NCBI GenBank assembly: GCA_964035545.1
Contig: CAXIUT010000230.1
Coordinates: 1,784,185 to 1,848,184 of the forward strand
From: Bugula neritina
Lineage: Eukaryota > Animalia > Bryozoa
Length of the DNA stretch: 64,000 nt
Direction: 5' to 3'
Below are positions 16,801 through 34,300 of the stretch, piece by piece. The notes beneath the pieces were generated by a model that worked only from the letters and a program-made list of their open reading frames with translations, was not told the DNA's origin and made no database searches. Both the position numbers and the translations under genes were made by a program. The number at the start of each line of letters is the position of its first letter. Within the stretch, counting starts at the first letter, position 1.

Positions 16801-19800
16801 TGAATGGTAAACTAGCGAAATAAACTGTAACATAATGAAACATACCGGAACATACTGCAAGATAATAAAATATACTGTAACACACTGAAATATACTGCAA
16901 GATACTGAAATATACTGCAACATACTGAAACGTAAGCAACATACTGAAATACGCTGCGACATACTGTAATATACTGCAAGATACTGCAAAATACTGAGTA
17001 CACTGTGTCATACTGAAATACACTGCAACATACTGCAAGATCTTGCAACATACTGAAATACACTGTAACATATTGAAATACACTGCATCATACTGCACCA
17101 TACTGAAATACACTGAAACATATTGATATATACTGCAACACATTGAAATATACTGCAACACACTGAAACATAAGGCAACATACTGAAATATACTGCGACA
17201 CATTGAAATATACTGCAACATACTAAAATATACTGCAACATACTGCAACATCCTAAAATACACTGTAACATACTGAAATACACTGCAACAACTTGAAAAA
17301 TACTGCAACATACCTAAACATTCGGCAACATACTAAAATACACTATAACATATTGAAATACACTGAAACATACTGAAATACACTATAACATATTGAAATA
17401 TGCTGTAGCATACTGAAGTATGCTGCCACACACTGCAGTATACTGTAATATACAGAAATGTACTGTAACATACTGAAACATACTGCAACATAGTGCAACG
17501 TACGGAAATACACTGTAACATAATGAAATACACTGCAACACATTGAAATATACTGCAACATAACGAAATAAATGGTAAACTAGTGGAATATACTGTAACA
17601 CAATGAAATTGACTGCAAGATACTGAGATATACTGTAACATACTGAAGTACGCTGCCACATACTGAAATATACTGCAAGAAACTGCAACATACTGAAATA
17701 CTCTGGAATATATTGAAATACACTGCAACACTCTGAAAAATACTGCAACACACTGAAACATACGGCAACATACCGAAGTAAACTGCGACACGTTGAAAAT
17801 TACTGCAACATACTGAAATATACTGTAACACACTGAAATATACTGCAAGATACTGAAATATACAACAACATACTGAAACGTACGCAACATACTGAAATAC
17901 GGTGCAACATACTGTAATATCTTGCAAGATACTGCAAAATACTGAGTACACTGTGTCATACTGAAATACACTGCAACATACTGCAACATACCACAACGTA
18001 CTGATATATACCGCGACGCATTAAAATATACTGCAACATACGAAAATACACTGCAACATACTGAAATACATTGCAACACATGAAAACATACTGCAACATA
18101 TTGAAACGTACTGCAACATACTGAAATATATTGCAACATACTGAAATACTCTATAACATATTGAAATATACTGCAACATACTGAATTACACTCTAACATA
18201 CTGAAATATGCTGTAGCATACTGAAATACGCTGCAACACATTGAAATATACTGCAACATACCGAAATGAATGGTAAACTAGCGAAATAAACTGTAACATA
18301 ATGAAACATACCGGAACATACTGCAACATAATCAAATATACTGTAACACACTGAAATATGCTACAAGATACTGAAATATACTGCAACATACTGAAACGTA
18401 CGCAACATACTGAAATACGCTGCAACATACTGTAATATACTGCAAGGTAGTGCAAAATACTGAGTACACTGTGTCATACTGAAATACACTGCAACATACT
18501 GCAAGATATTGCAACATACTGAGATACACTGTGACACACTGAAATATACTGCAACATACTGCAACATACTGCAACATACTGCAACATACTGAACTACACT
18601 GTAACATATTGAAATACATTGCAACACATTGAAATATACTGCATCTTTTTGAAACATACTGCAACATACTGAATTACACTCTAACATACTGAAATATGCT
18701 GTAGCATACTGAAAAACACTACAACTCACTGAAGTATAGTGTAATATACGGAAATGTACTGCAACATGCCAAAATATACTGCAACATACTGAAATACACT
18801 GTAACATATTGAAATACACTGCAACATACTGCAACATACTGAAATACACTGTAACATATTGAAATACACTGCAACACACTGCAACATACTGCAACATACT
18901 GAAATACACTGGAATTAACTTCAACATACGGCAACATACTGAAATACACTGTGGCACACTGAAATACACTGCAACATACTGCAACATACTGCAACTTACT
19001 GAAATACACTGTAACATATTGAAATACACTGCAACATACTGCAACATACTGCAACATACTGAAATACACTGGAACTTACTGAAATGTACTGCGACACATT
19101 AAAATATACTGTAACATACTGAAATATACTTCAACATGCTGCAACATACCAAAATACAATGTAACATACTGAAATAGATTGCAACACATTGAAATATACT
19201 GCAACATACTGCAACATACTGCAACATACTGCAACATACTGAATTACACTCTAACATACTGAAATATGCTGTAGCATACTGAAAAACACTACAACTCACT
19301 GAAGTATAGTGTAATATACAGAAATGTACTGTAACATACTGAAGCATACGGCAACATACTGAAATACACTGTAACATATTGAAATACACTGCAACATACT
19401 GCAACATACCGAAATACACTGGAACATATTGAAATACACTGCAACCCATCGAAATATACTGCAACACACTGAAACATACAGCAACATACTGAAATATTCT
19501 GCAACATACTGCAACATACTAAAATACACTGTAACATACTGAAATACATTGCAAAACAATAAAATATACTGCAACATACTAAAACATACTGCAACATACT
19601 GAAACATACTGAATTACACTCTAACATACTGAAATATGGTGTAGCACACTGAAATACACTGCAACACACTGAAGTGCACTGTAATATACAGAAATGTGCT
19701 GCAACATACTGAATTATACTGCAACATACTGCAACATACTGAAATACACTGTAACATAACGAAATACACTGCAACACATTGAAATATACTGCAACATACT

Positions 19801-20460
19801 GAAATGATTGGTAAACTAGTGAAATGTACTGTAACATCATGAAACATACCGGAACATTCTGCAACATAATGAAATATACTGTAGCACACTGAAATATGCT
19901 GCACGATACTGAAATATACTGTAACATACTGAAATGTACGCAACATACTGAAGTACGCTGCAACATACTGATTTATACTGCAAGATACTGCAACATACTG
20001 AATTCCACTGTAACATACTGAAATGCACTGCAACATACTGCAACATACTGAATTACACTGGAACATATTGAAATACACTGCAACACTTTGAAATATACTG
20101 CAACACACTGAAACATATGGCAACATACCGAAATACACTGCGACACGTTGACAAATACTGCAACATACTGAAATATACTGCAAGTGGTGCAACATACTGA
20201 AATATACTGTACTATACTAAAAATCTTTGCAAAACAATAAAATATACTGCAACATACTGAAACATACTGCAACATACTGAAATATACTGTAACATACTGA
20301 GACACACTATAACATATTGAAATATACTGCAACATACTGAATTACACTCTAACATACTGAAGTATGCTGTAGCATACTGAAATACACTGCCACACACTGA
20401 AGTATACTGTATTATACAGAAATGTACTGCAACATACTGAATTATACTACAACACACTGC
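3815..20460. repeat. Tandem duplication of an ~8.3-kb super-unit (copy 1 ~3,815-12,160; copy 2 ~12,160-20,460)
   Basis: Offset 8,323 for many ORF pairs (5335/13658, 7215/15538, 9010/17333, 10776/19099), varying only by multiples of 20 (8,303-8,363). Shared private variants include TGGAATATAT at 9,381/17,704 and GGAATTAACT at 10,588/18,911. Confidence 0.9.
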
Positions 20461-23400
20461 AACATACTGAAATACACTGTAACATAACAAAATACATTGC
20501 AACACCTTGAAATATACTGCAACATACCGAAATAAATGGTAAACAAGTGAAATATACTGTAACACAATGAAACATACAGGAACATACTGCAACATAATGA
20601 AATATACTGTAGCACACTGAAATATCCTGCACGATACTGAAATATCCTGTAACATACTGAAATGTACGCAACATACTGAAGTTTGCTGCAACATACTGAT
20701 TTATACTGCAAGATATTGCAACATACTGAAATACACTGTAACAAACCGAAATACACTGCAACATACTGCAACATACTGAATTACACTGGAACATATTGAA
20801 ATACACTGCAACACTTTGAAATATACTGCAACACACTGAAACATCTGGCAACATACCGAAATACACTGCGACACGTTGAAAAATACTGCAACATACTGAA
20901 ATATACTGCAAGTGGTGCAACATACTGAAATACATTGGGACACACTGAAATACTCTGCAACATACTGCAACATACCACAACGTACTGAAATATACCGCGA
21001 CGCATTATAATATACTGCAACATACTAAAATACACTGCAACATACTGAAATACATTGCAACACATTAAAACATACTGCAACATATTGAAACGTACTGCAA
21101 CATACTGAAATATACTGCAACACACTGAAATACTCTATAACATATTGAAATATACTGCAACATACTGAATTACACTCTAACATACTGAAATATGCTGTAG
21201 CATACTGAAATGCACTGCAACACATTGAAATTTACTGCAACATACCGAAATGAATGGTAAACTAGCGAAATAAACTGTAACATAATGAAACATACCGGAA
21301 CATACTGCAACATAATAAAATATACTGTAACACACTGAAATATATTGCAGGATACTGAAATATACTGCAACATACTGAAACGAACGCAACATACTGAAAT
21401 ACGCTGCGACATACTGTAATATACTGCAAGATACTGCAAAATACTGAGTACACTGTGTCATACTGAAATACACTGCATCATACTGCAACATACTGAAATA
21501 CACTGAAACATATTGATATATACTGCAACACTTTGAAATATACTGCAACACACTGAAACATAAGGCAACATACTGAAATATACTGCGACACATTGAAATA
21601 TACTGCAACATACTAAAATATACTGCAACATACTGCAACATCCTAAAATACACTGTAACATACTGAAATGCACTGCAACAACTTGAAAAATACTGCAACA
21701 TACCTAAACATACGGCAACATACTAAAATACACTATAAAATATTGAAATATACTGAAACATACTGAAATACACTATAACATATTGAAATATGTGGTAGCA
21801 TACTGAAATATGCTGCCACACACTGAAGTATACTGTAATATACAGAAATGTACTGTAACATACTGAAACATACTGCAACATAGTGCAACGTACGGAAATC
21901 CACTGTAACATAATGAAATACGCTGCAACACATTGAAATATACTGCAACATAACGAAATAAATGGTAAACTAGTGGAATATACTGTAACACAATGAAATT
22001 GACTGCAAGATACTGAAATATACTGTAACATACTGAAATACGCTGCCACATACTGAAATATACTGCAAGAAACTGCAACATACTGAAATACTCTGGAACA
22101 TATTGAAATACACTGCAACACTCTGAAAAATACTGCAAAACACTGAAACATACGGCAACATACCGAAATAAACTGCGACACGTTGAAATTTACTGCAACA
22201 TACTGAAATATACTGTAACACACTGAAATATACTGCAAGATACTGAAATATACAACAACATACTGAAACGTACGCAACATACTGAAATACGGTGCAACAT
22301 ACTGTAATATCTTGCAAGATACTGCAAAATACTGAGTACACTGTGTCATACTGAAATACACTGCAACATACTGCAACATACCACAACGTACTGATATATA
22401 CCGCGACGCATTAAAATATACTGCAACATACGAAAATACACTGCAACATACTGAAATACATTGCAACACATTAAAACATACTGCAACATATTGAAACGTA
22501 CTGCAACATACTGAAATATATTGCAACATACTGAAATACTCTATAACATATTGAAATATACTGCAACATACTGAATTACACTCTAACATACTGAAATATG
22601 CTGTAGCATACTGAAATACGCTGCAACACATTGAAATATACTGCAACATACCGAAATGAATGGTAAACTAGCGAAATAAACTGTAACATAATGAAACATA
22701 CCGGAACATACTGCAACATAATCAAATATACTGTAACACACTGAAATATGCTACAAGATACTGAAATATACTGCAACATACTGAAACGTACGCAACATAC
22801 TGAAATACGCTGCAACATACTGTAATATACTGCAAGGTACTGCAAAATACTGAGTACACTGTGTCATACTGAAATACACTGCAACATACTGCAAGATATT
22901 GCAACATACTGAGATACACTGTGACACACTGAAATATACTGCAACATACTGCAACATACTGCAACATACTGCAACATACTGAACTACACTGTAACATATT
23001 GAAATACATTGCAACACATTGAAATATACTGCATCTTTTTGAAACATACTGCAACATACTGAATTACACTCTAACATACTGAAATATGCTGTAGCATACT
23101 GAAAAACACTACAACTCACTGAAGTATAGTGTAATATACGGAAATGTACTGCAACATGCCAAAATATACTGCAACATACTGAAATACACTGTAACATTTT
23201 GAAATACACTGCAACATACTGCAACATACTGAAATACACTGTAACATATTGAAATACACTGCAACACACTGCAACATACTGCAACATACTGAAATACACT
23301 GGAACTAACTTCAACATACGGCAACATACTGAAATACACTGTGGCACACTGAAATACACTGCAACATACTGCAACATACTGCAACTTACTGAAATACACT

Positions 23401-24830
23401 GTAACATATTGAAATACACTGGAACATACTGCAACATACTGCAACATACTGAAATACACTGGAACTTACTGAAATGTACTGCGACACATTAAAATATACT
23501 GTAACATACTGAAATATACTTCAACATGCTGCAACATACCAAAATACAATGTAACATACTGAAATAGATTGCAACACATTGAAATATACTGCAACATACT
23601 GCAACATACTGCAACATACTGCAACATACTGAATTACACTCTAACATACTGAAATATGCTGTAGCATACTGAAAAACACTACAACTCACTGAAGTATAGT
23701 GTAATATACAGAAATGTACTGTAACATACTGAAGCATACGGCAACATACTGAAATACACTGTAACATATTGAAATACACTGCAACATACTGCAACATACC
23801 GAGATACACTGGAACATATTGAAATACACTGCAACACATCGAAATATACTGCAACACACTGAAACATACGGCAACATACTGAAATATTCTGCAACATACT
23901 GCAACATACTAAAATACACTGTAACATACTGAAATACATTGCAAAACAATAAAATATACTGCAACATACTAAAACATACTGCAACATACTGAAACATACT
24001 GAATTACACTCTAACATACTGAAATATGGTGTAGCACACTGAAATACACACTGAAGTGCACTGTAATATACAGAAATGTACTGCAACATACTGAATTATA
24101 CTGCAACATACTGCAACATACTGAAATACACTGTAACATAACGAAATACACTGCAACACATTGAAATATACTGCAACATACTGAAATGATTGGTAAACTA
24201 GTGAAATGTACTGTAACATCATGAAACATACCGGAACATTCTGCAACATAATGAAATATACTGTAGCACACTGAAATATGCTGCACGATACTGAAATATA
24301 CTGTAACATACTGAAATGTACGCAACATACTGAAGTACGCTGCAACATACTGATTTATACTGCAAGATACTGCAACATACTGAATTCCACTGTAACATAC
24401 TGAAATACACTGCAACATACTGCAACATACTGAATTACACTGGAACATATTGAAATACACTGCAACACTTTGAAATATACTGCAACACACTGAAACATAT
24501 GGCAACATACCGAAATACACTGCGACACGTTGACAAATACTGCAACATACTGAAATATACTGCAAGTGGTGCAACATACTGAAATATACTGTACTATACT
24601 AAAAATCTTTGCAAAACAATAAAATATACTGCAACATACTGAAACATACTGCAACATACTGAAATATACTGTAACATACTGAGACACACTATAACATATT
24701 GAAATATACTGCAACATACTGAATTACACTCTAACATACTGAAGTATGCTGTAGCATACTGAAATACACTGCCACACACTGAAGTATGCTGTATTATACA
24801 GAAATGTACTGCAACATAGTGAATTATACT
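16000..24830. repeat. ~4.39-kb higher-order repeat pair, more diverged than the 8.3-kb pair
   Basis: Offsets 17333/21723, 18186/22576, 19099/23489, 19614/24004 = 4,390, then 4,382 after an 8-bp deletion at ~24,048. Confidence 0.85.
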
Positions 24831-27800
24831 ACAACATACTGAAATACTCTATAACATATTGAAATATCCTGCAACATACTGAATTACACTCTAACATACT
24901 GAAATATGCTGTAGCATACTGAAATGCACTGCAACACATTGAAATTTACTGCAACATACCGAAATGAATGGTAAACTAGGGAAATAAACTGTAACATAAT
25001 GAAACATACCGGAACATACTGCAACATAATAAAATATACTGTAACACACTGAAATATATTGCAAGATACTGAAATATACTGCAACATACTGAAACGAACG
25101 CAACATACTGAAATACGCTGCGACATACTGTAATATACTGCAAGATACTGCAAAATACTGAGTACACTGTGTCATACTGAAATACACTGCATCATACTGC
25201 AACATACTGAAATACACTGAAACATATTGATATATACTGCAACACTTTGAAATATACTGCAACACACTGAAACATAAGGCAACATACTGAAATACGCTGC
25301 AACATACTGTAATATACTGCAAGATACTGCAAAATACTGAGTACACTGTGTCATACTGAAATACACTGCAACATACTGCAAGATATTGCAACATACTGAA
25401 ATACACTCTGACACACTGAAATATACTGCAACATACTGCAACATACTGCAACATACTGCAACATACTGAAATACACTGTAACATATTGAAATACACTGCA
25501 ACATACTGCAACATACTGAAATACACTGGAACACACTGAAATATACTGCGACACATTAAAATATACTGTAACATACTGAAATATACTTCAACATACTGCA
25601 ACATACTAAAATACACTGTAACATACTGAAATACATTGCAACACATTGAAATATACTGCAACATACTGAAACATACTGCAACATACTGAATTACACTATA
25701 ACATATTGAAATATTCTGCAACATACTGAATTGCACTCTAACATAGTGAAATATGCTGTAGCATACTGAAAAACACTACAACTCACTGAAGTATGGTGTA
25801 ATATACGGAAATGTACTGCAACATGCCAAAATATACTGCAACATACTGAAATACACTGGAACATATTGATATGCACTGCAACACATTGAAATATACTGCA
25901 ACACACTGAAACATAAGGCAACATAGTGAAATATACTGCGACACATTGAAATATACTGCAACATACTAAAATATACTGCAACATACGGCAACATCCTGAA
26001 ACACACTGTAACATACTGAAAGACACTGCAACGCCTTGAAAAATACTTCAACATACTTAAACATACGGCAACATACTGAAATACACTGAAATACACTGCA
26101 ACATACTGCAACATACTGCAACATACTGAAATACACTGTAACATATTGAAATACACTGCAACATACTGCAACATACTGCAACATACTGAAAAATACTGGA
26201 ACTTACTGAAACATACGGCAACATACTGAAATACACTGTGGCACACAGAAATACACTGCAACATACTGCAACATACTGCAACATACTGAAATACACTGTA
26301 ACATATTGAAATACACTGCAACATACTGCAACATACTGCAACATACTGAAATACACTGGAACTTACTGAAATATACTGCGACACATTAAAATATACTGTA
26401 ACATACTGAAATATACTTCAACATGCTGCAACATACTAAAATACAATGTAACATACTGAAATGGATTGCAACACATTGAAATATACTGCAACATACTGAA
26501 TTACACTATAACATATTGAAATATACTGCAAGATACTGAATTACACTCTAACATACTGAAACATGCTGTAGCATACTGAATTACACTGCAACACACTGAA
26601 GTATACTCTAATATACTGAAATGTACTGCGACATACTGAATTATACTGCAACATACTGCAACATACTGAAATACACTGTAACATAATGAAACATGCTATA
26701 GCACACTGAAATACACTGCAACACACTGAAGTATACTGTAATGTACTGAAATGTACTGCAACATACTGGAATATACCGTAACACACTGAAATATACTCTA
26801 ACCTACCGAAATACACTGTAACATACTGAAATAAACTGCAGCCTACTGCAATATACTGAATTACACTTGAACATAATGAAATACATTGCAACACCTTGAA
26901 ATATACTGCAACATACCGAAATGAATGGTAAACAAGTGAAATATACTGTAACACAATGAAACATACAGGAACATACTGCAACATAATGAAATATACTGTA
27001 GCACACTGAAATATACTGCACGATACTGAAATATTCTGTAACATACTGAAATGTACGCAACATACTGAAGTTTGCTGCAACATACTGATTTATACTGCAA
27101 GATACTGCAACATACTGAAATACACTGTAACAAACTGAAACACACTGCAACATACTGCAACATACTGAATTACACTGGAACATATTGAAATACACTGCAA
27201 CACTTTGAAATATACTGCAACACACTGAAACATCTGGCAACATACCGAAATACACTGCGACACGTTGAAAAATACTGCAACATACTGAAATATACTGCAA
27301 GTGGTGCAACATACTGAAATACATTGGGACACACTGAAATACACTGCAACATACTGCAACATACCACAACGTACTGAAATATACTGCGACGCATTATAAT
27401 ATACTGCAACATACTAAAATACACTGCAACATACTGAAATACATTGCAACACATTAAAACATACTGCAACATATTGAAACGTACTGCAACATACTGAAAT
27501 ATACTGCAATATACTGAAATACTCTATAACATATTGAAATATACTGCAACATACTGAATTACACTCTAACATACTGAAATATGCTGTAGCATACTGAAAT
27601 ACACTGCAACACATTGAAATTTACTGCAACATACCGAAATGAATGGTAAACTAGTGAAATATACTGTAACATAATGAAAGATACTGGAACATACTGCAAC
27701 ATAATAAAATATACTGTAACACACTGAAATATACTGCAAGATACTGAAATATACTGCAACATACTGAAACGTACGCAACATACTGAAATACGCTGCGACA

Positions 27801-27859
27801 TACTGTAATATACTGCAAGATACTGCAAAATACTGAGTACACTCTGTCATACTGAAATA

Positions 27860-30790
27860 CACTGTAACATATTGAAAGACACTGCATCATACTGCAACAT
27901 ACTTAAATACACTGAAACATATTGATATATACTGCAACACATTGAAATATACTGCAACACACTGAAACATAAGGCAACATACTGAAATATACTGCGACAC
28001 ATTGAAATATACTGCAACATACTAAAATATACTGCAACATACTGCAACATCCTAAAATACACTGTAACATACTGAAATACACTGCAACAACTTGAAAAAT
28101 AGTGCAACATACCTAAACATACGGCAACATACTAAAATACACTATAACATATTGAAATATACTGAAACATACTGAAATACACTATAACATATTGAAATAT
28201 GCTGTAGCATACTGAAATATGCTGCCACACACTGAAGTATACTGTAATATACAGAAATGTACTGTGACATACTGAAACATACTGCAACATAGTACAACGT
28301 ACGGAAATACACTGTAACATAATGAATTACACTGCAACACATTGAAATATACTGCAACATAACAAAATAAATGGTAAACTAGTGGAATATACTGTCCCAC
28401 AATGAAATTGACTGCAAGATACTGAAATATACTGTAACATACTGAAATACGCTGCCACATACTGAAATATACTGCAAGAAACTGCAACATACTGAAATAC
28501 TCTGGAACATATTGAAATACACTGCAACACTCTGAAAAATACTGCAACACACTGAAACATACGGCAACATACCGAAATAAACTGCGGCACGTTGAAAATT
28601 ACTGCAACATGCTGAAATATACTGTAACACACTGAAATATACTGCAAAATACTGAAATATACTGCAACATACTGAAACGTACGCAACATACTGAAATACG
28701 CTGCAACATACTGTAATCGCTTGCCAGATACTGCAAAATACTGAGTACACTGCGTCATACTAAAGTACACTGCAACATACTGCAACATACCACAACGTAC
28801 TGATATATACCGCGACGCATTAAAATATACTGCAACATACTAAAATACACTGCAACATACTGAAATACATTGCAACACATTAAAACATACTGCAACATAT
28901 TGAATTGTACTGCAACATACTGAAATATACTGCAACATACTGAAATACTCTATAACATATTGAAATATACTGCAACATACTGAATTACACTCTAACATAC
29001 TGAAATATGCTGTAGCATACTGAAAAACGCTGCAACACATTGAAATATACTGCAACATACCGAAATGAATGGTAAACTAGCGAAAAAAACTGTAACATAA
29101 TGAAACATACCGGAACATACTGCAACATAATAAAATATACTGTAACACACTGAAATATACTGCAAGATACTGAAATATACTGCAACATACTGAAACGTAC
29201 GCAACATACTGAAATACGCTGCAACATACTGTAATATACTGCAAGATACTGCAAAATACTGAGTACACTGTGTCATACTGAAATACACTGCAACATACTG
29301 CAAGATATTGCAACATACTGAAATACACTGTAACATATTGAAATACACTGCATCATACTGCAACATACTTAAATACACTGAAACATATTGATATATACTG
29401 CAACACATTGAAATATACTGCAACACACTGAAACATAAGGCAACATACTGAAATATACTGCGACACATTGAAATATACTGCAACATACTAAAATATACTG
29501 CAACATAGTGCAACATCCTAAAATACACTGTAACATACTGAAATACACTGCAACAACTTGAAAAATAGTGCAACATACCTAAACATACGGCAACATACTA
29601 AAATACACTATAACATATTGAAATATACTGAAACATACTGAAATACACTATAACATATTGAAATATGCTGTAGCATACGGAAATATGCTGCCACACACTG
29701 AAGTATACTGTAATATACAGAAATGTACTGTGACATACTGAAACATACTGCAACATAGTGCAACGTACGGAAGTACACTGTAACATAATGAAATACACTG
29801 CAACACATTGAAACATACTGCAACATAACGAAATAAATGGTAAACTAGTGGAATATACTGTCCAACAATTAAATTGACTGCAAGATACTGAAATATACTG
29901 TAACATACTGAAATACGCTGCCACATACTGAAATATACTGCAAGAAACTGCAACATACTGAAATACTCTGGAACATATTGAAATACACTGCAACACTCTG
30001 AAAAATACTGCAACACACTGAAACATACGGCAACATACCGAAATAAACTGCGACACGTTGAAAATTACTGCAACATACTGAAATATACTGTAACACACTG
30101 AAATATACTGCAAAATACTGAAATATACTGCAACATACTGAAACGTACGCAACATACTGAAATACGCTGCAACATACTGTAATCGCTTGCCAGATACTGC
30201 AAAATACTGAGTACACTGCGTCATACTGAAGTACACTGCAACATACTGCAACATACCACAACGTACTGATATATACCGCGACGCATTAAAATATACTGCA
30301 ACATACTAAAATACACTGCAACATACTGAAATACATTGCAACACATTAAAACATACTGCAACATATTGAAACGTACTGCAACATACTGAAATATACTGCA
30401 ACATACTGAAATACTCTATAACATATTGAAATATACTGCAACATACTGAATTACACTCTAACATACTGAAATATGCTGTAGCATACTGAAAAACGCTGCA
30501 ACACATTGAAATATACTGCAACACACCGAAATGAATGGTAAACTAGCGAAAAAAACTGTAACATAATGAAACATACCGGAACATACTGCAACATAATAAA
30601 ATATACTGTAACACACTGAAATATACTGCAAGATACTGAAATATACTGCAACATACTGAAACGTACGCAACATACTGAAATACGCTGCAACATACTGTAA
30701 TATACTGCAAGATACTGCAAAATACTGAGTACACTGTGTCATACTGAAATACACTGCAACATACTGCAAGATATTGCAACATACTGAGAT
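27860..30790. repeat. Tandem duplication, period 1,466 bp (two ~730-bp modules per copy)
   Basis: Offsets 28132/29598, 28840/30306, 28985/30451 = 1,466. Private word AATCGCTTGCCAGATA at 28,715 and 30,181. Confidence 0.9.
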
Positions 30791-31320
30791 ACACTGTGAC
30801 ACACTGAAATATACTGCAACATACTGCAACATACTGCAACATATTGCAACATACTGAACTACACTGTAACATATTGAAATACATTGCAACACATTGAAAT
30901 ATACTGCATCATTTTGAAACATACTGCAACATACTGAATTACACTCTAACATACTGAAATATGCTGTAGCATACTGAAAAACACTACAACTCACTGAAGT
31001 ATAGTGTAATATACGGAAATGTACTGCAACATGCCAAAATATACTGCAACACACTGAAAAATAAGGCAACATAGTGAAACATACTGCGACACATTGAAAT
31101 ATACTGCAACATACTAAAATATACTGCAACATACTGCAACATCCTAAAACACACTGTAACATACTGAAATACACTGCAACGCCTTGAAAAGTACTTCAAC
31201 ATACTTAAACATACGGCAACATACTGAAATACACTGTAACATATTGAAATACACCGCAACATACTGCAACATACTGCAACATACTGAAATACACTGGAAC
31301 TTACTGGAACATACGGCAAC

Positions 31321-34300
31321 ATACTGAAATACAGTGTGACACACTGAAATACACTGCAACATACTGCAACATACTGCAACATACTGAAATACACTGTAAC
31401 ATATTGAAATACACTGCAACATACTGCAACATACTGCAACATACTGAAATACACTGGAACTTACTGAAATCTACTGCGACACATTAAAATATACTGTAAC
31501 ATACTAAAATATACTTCAACATGCTGCAACATACTAAAATACAATGTAACATACTGAAATAGATTGCAACACATTGAAATATACTGCAACATACTGAAAC
31601 ATACTGCAACATACTGAAATATACTGCAATATACTGAATTACACTATAACATATTGAAATATACTGCAAGATACTGAATTACACTCTAACATACTGAAAT
31701 ATGCTGTAGCATACTGAATTACACTGCAACACACTAAAGTATACTCTAATATACTGAAATGTACTGCGACATACTGAATTATACTGCAACATACTGCAAC
31801 ATACTGAAATACACTGTAACATAATGAAATATGCTGTAGCACACTGAAATACACTGCAACACACTGAAGTATACTGTAATATACTGAAATGTACTGCAAC
31901 ATACTGAAATATACCGTAACACACTGGTATATACTCTAACATACCGAAATACACTGTAACATACTGAACAAAACTGCAACCTACTGCAATATACTGAATT
32001 ACACTTGAACATAATGAAATACACTGAAACACATTGAAATATACTGCAACATACCGAAATGAATGGTAAACTAGTGAAATACACTGTGACATAATGAAAC
32101 ATACCGGAACATACTGCAACATAATAAAATATACTGTAACACACTGAAATATGCTACAAGATACTGAAATATACTGTAACATACTGAAACATACGCAATA
32201 TACTGAAATACGCTGCAACATACTGAAATATGATGCAAAATACTGCAACATACTGAAATACACTATAACACACTGAAATACACTGCAGCATACTGAAATA
32301 CACTGAAATACACTGTAACATATTGAAATACATTGCAAAACATCGAAATATACTGCAACATACTGAAATATGCTCTAGCATACTGAAAGACACTACAACT
32401 CACTGAAGTATAGTGTAATATACGGAAATGTACTGCAACATGCCGAAATATACTGCAACATACTAAAATATACTGCAACATACTGCAACATCCTAAAATA
32501 CACTGTAACATACTGAAATACACTGCAACAACTTGAAAAATACTGCAACATACCTAAACATACGGCAACATACTAAAATACACTATAACATATTGAAATA
32601 TACTGAAACATACTGAAATACACTATAACATATTGAAATATGCTGTAGCATACTGAAATATACTGCCACACACTGAAGCATACTGTAATATACAGAAATG
32701 TACTGTAACATACTGAAACATACGGCAACATACTGAAATGTACTGCAACATACTGAAATATACTGCAACAAAATGCAACGTACTGAAATACACTGTAACA
32801 TATTGAAATACAGTGCAAAACATCGAAATTTACTGCAACACACTGAAATATACTGAAACATACAGAAATATACTGCAACATACAGAAATATACTGCAACA
32901 GACTGCAACATACTGAAAAACAGTGTAACATACTGAAAAAGACTGCAACGCATTGGGATATACTGCAACATACTGAAATATGCTGTAGCATACTGAAAGA
33001 CACTACAACTCACTGAAGTATAGTGTAATATACGGAAATGTACTACAACATGCCTAAATACACTGCAACATACTGAAATACACTACAACATACTGCAACA
33101 TACTGAAATACACTGTGACACACTGAAATACACTGCAACATACTGCAATATACTGCAACATACTGAAATATACTGCAACATACTGCAACATACTAAAATA
33201 CACTATAACATATTGAAATATACTGCAACATACTGAAATACACTATTACACATTGAAATATGCTGTAGCATACTGAAATACACTGCAACACACTGGTGTA
33301 TACTGTGATATACAGAAATGTACTGTAACATACTGAAACATACGGCAACATACTGAAATACACTGAAACATATTGAAATACACTGCGACACATTGAATTA
33401 TACTGCAACACACTGAAGTATACTGTAATACACTGAAATATAATGCAACATACTGAATTATACTGCAACATAGTGCAACATACAGAAATACACTACAACA
33501 TACTGCAACATACTGAAATACACTGTGAAACACTGAAATACACTGCAACATACTGCAATATACTGCAACATACTGAAATAAACTGAGACACATTAAAATA
33601 TACTACAACATACTGAAATATACTGCAACATAGTGCAACATACTGAAATACACTGGAACATATTGAATTACACTGCGACACATTAAAATATACTGCAACA
33701 CACTGAAACATACGGCAACATACCGAAATATACTGCGACACATTGAAAAATACTGCAACATACTGAAATATACTGCAAGTGGTGCAACATACTGGAATAC
33801 ACTGTGACACACTGAAATACACTGCAACATACTGCAACATACTGCAACATACTGCAACATACTGAAATACACTGTAACATATTGAAATACACTGCAACAT
33901 ACTGCAACATACTGAAATACACTGGAACTCACTGAAATATACTGCGACACATTAAAATATATTAAAACATACTGAAATATACTTCAACATGCTGCAACAT
34001 ACTAAAATACAATGTAACATACTGAAATACATTGCAACACATTGAAATATCCTGCAACAGACTGAAACATACTGCAACATACTGAAATACACTGCAATAT
34101 ACTGAATTACACTATAACATATTGAAATATACTGCAAGATACTGAATTACACTCTAACATACTGAAATATGCTGTAGCATACTGAATTACACTGCAACAC
34201 ACTGGAGTATACTCTAATATACTGAAATGTACTGCGACATACTGAATTATACTGCAACATAATGCAACATACTGAAATACACTGTAACATAATGAAATAT

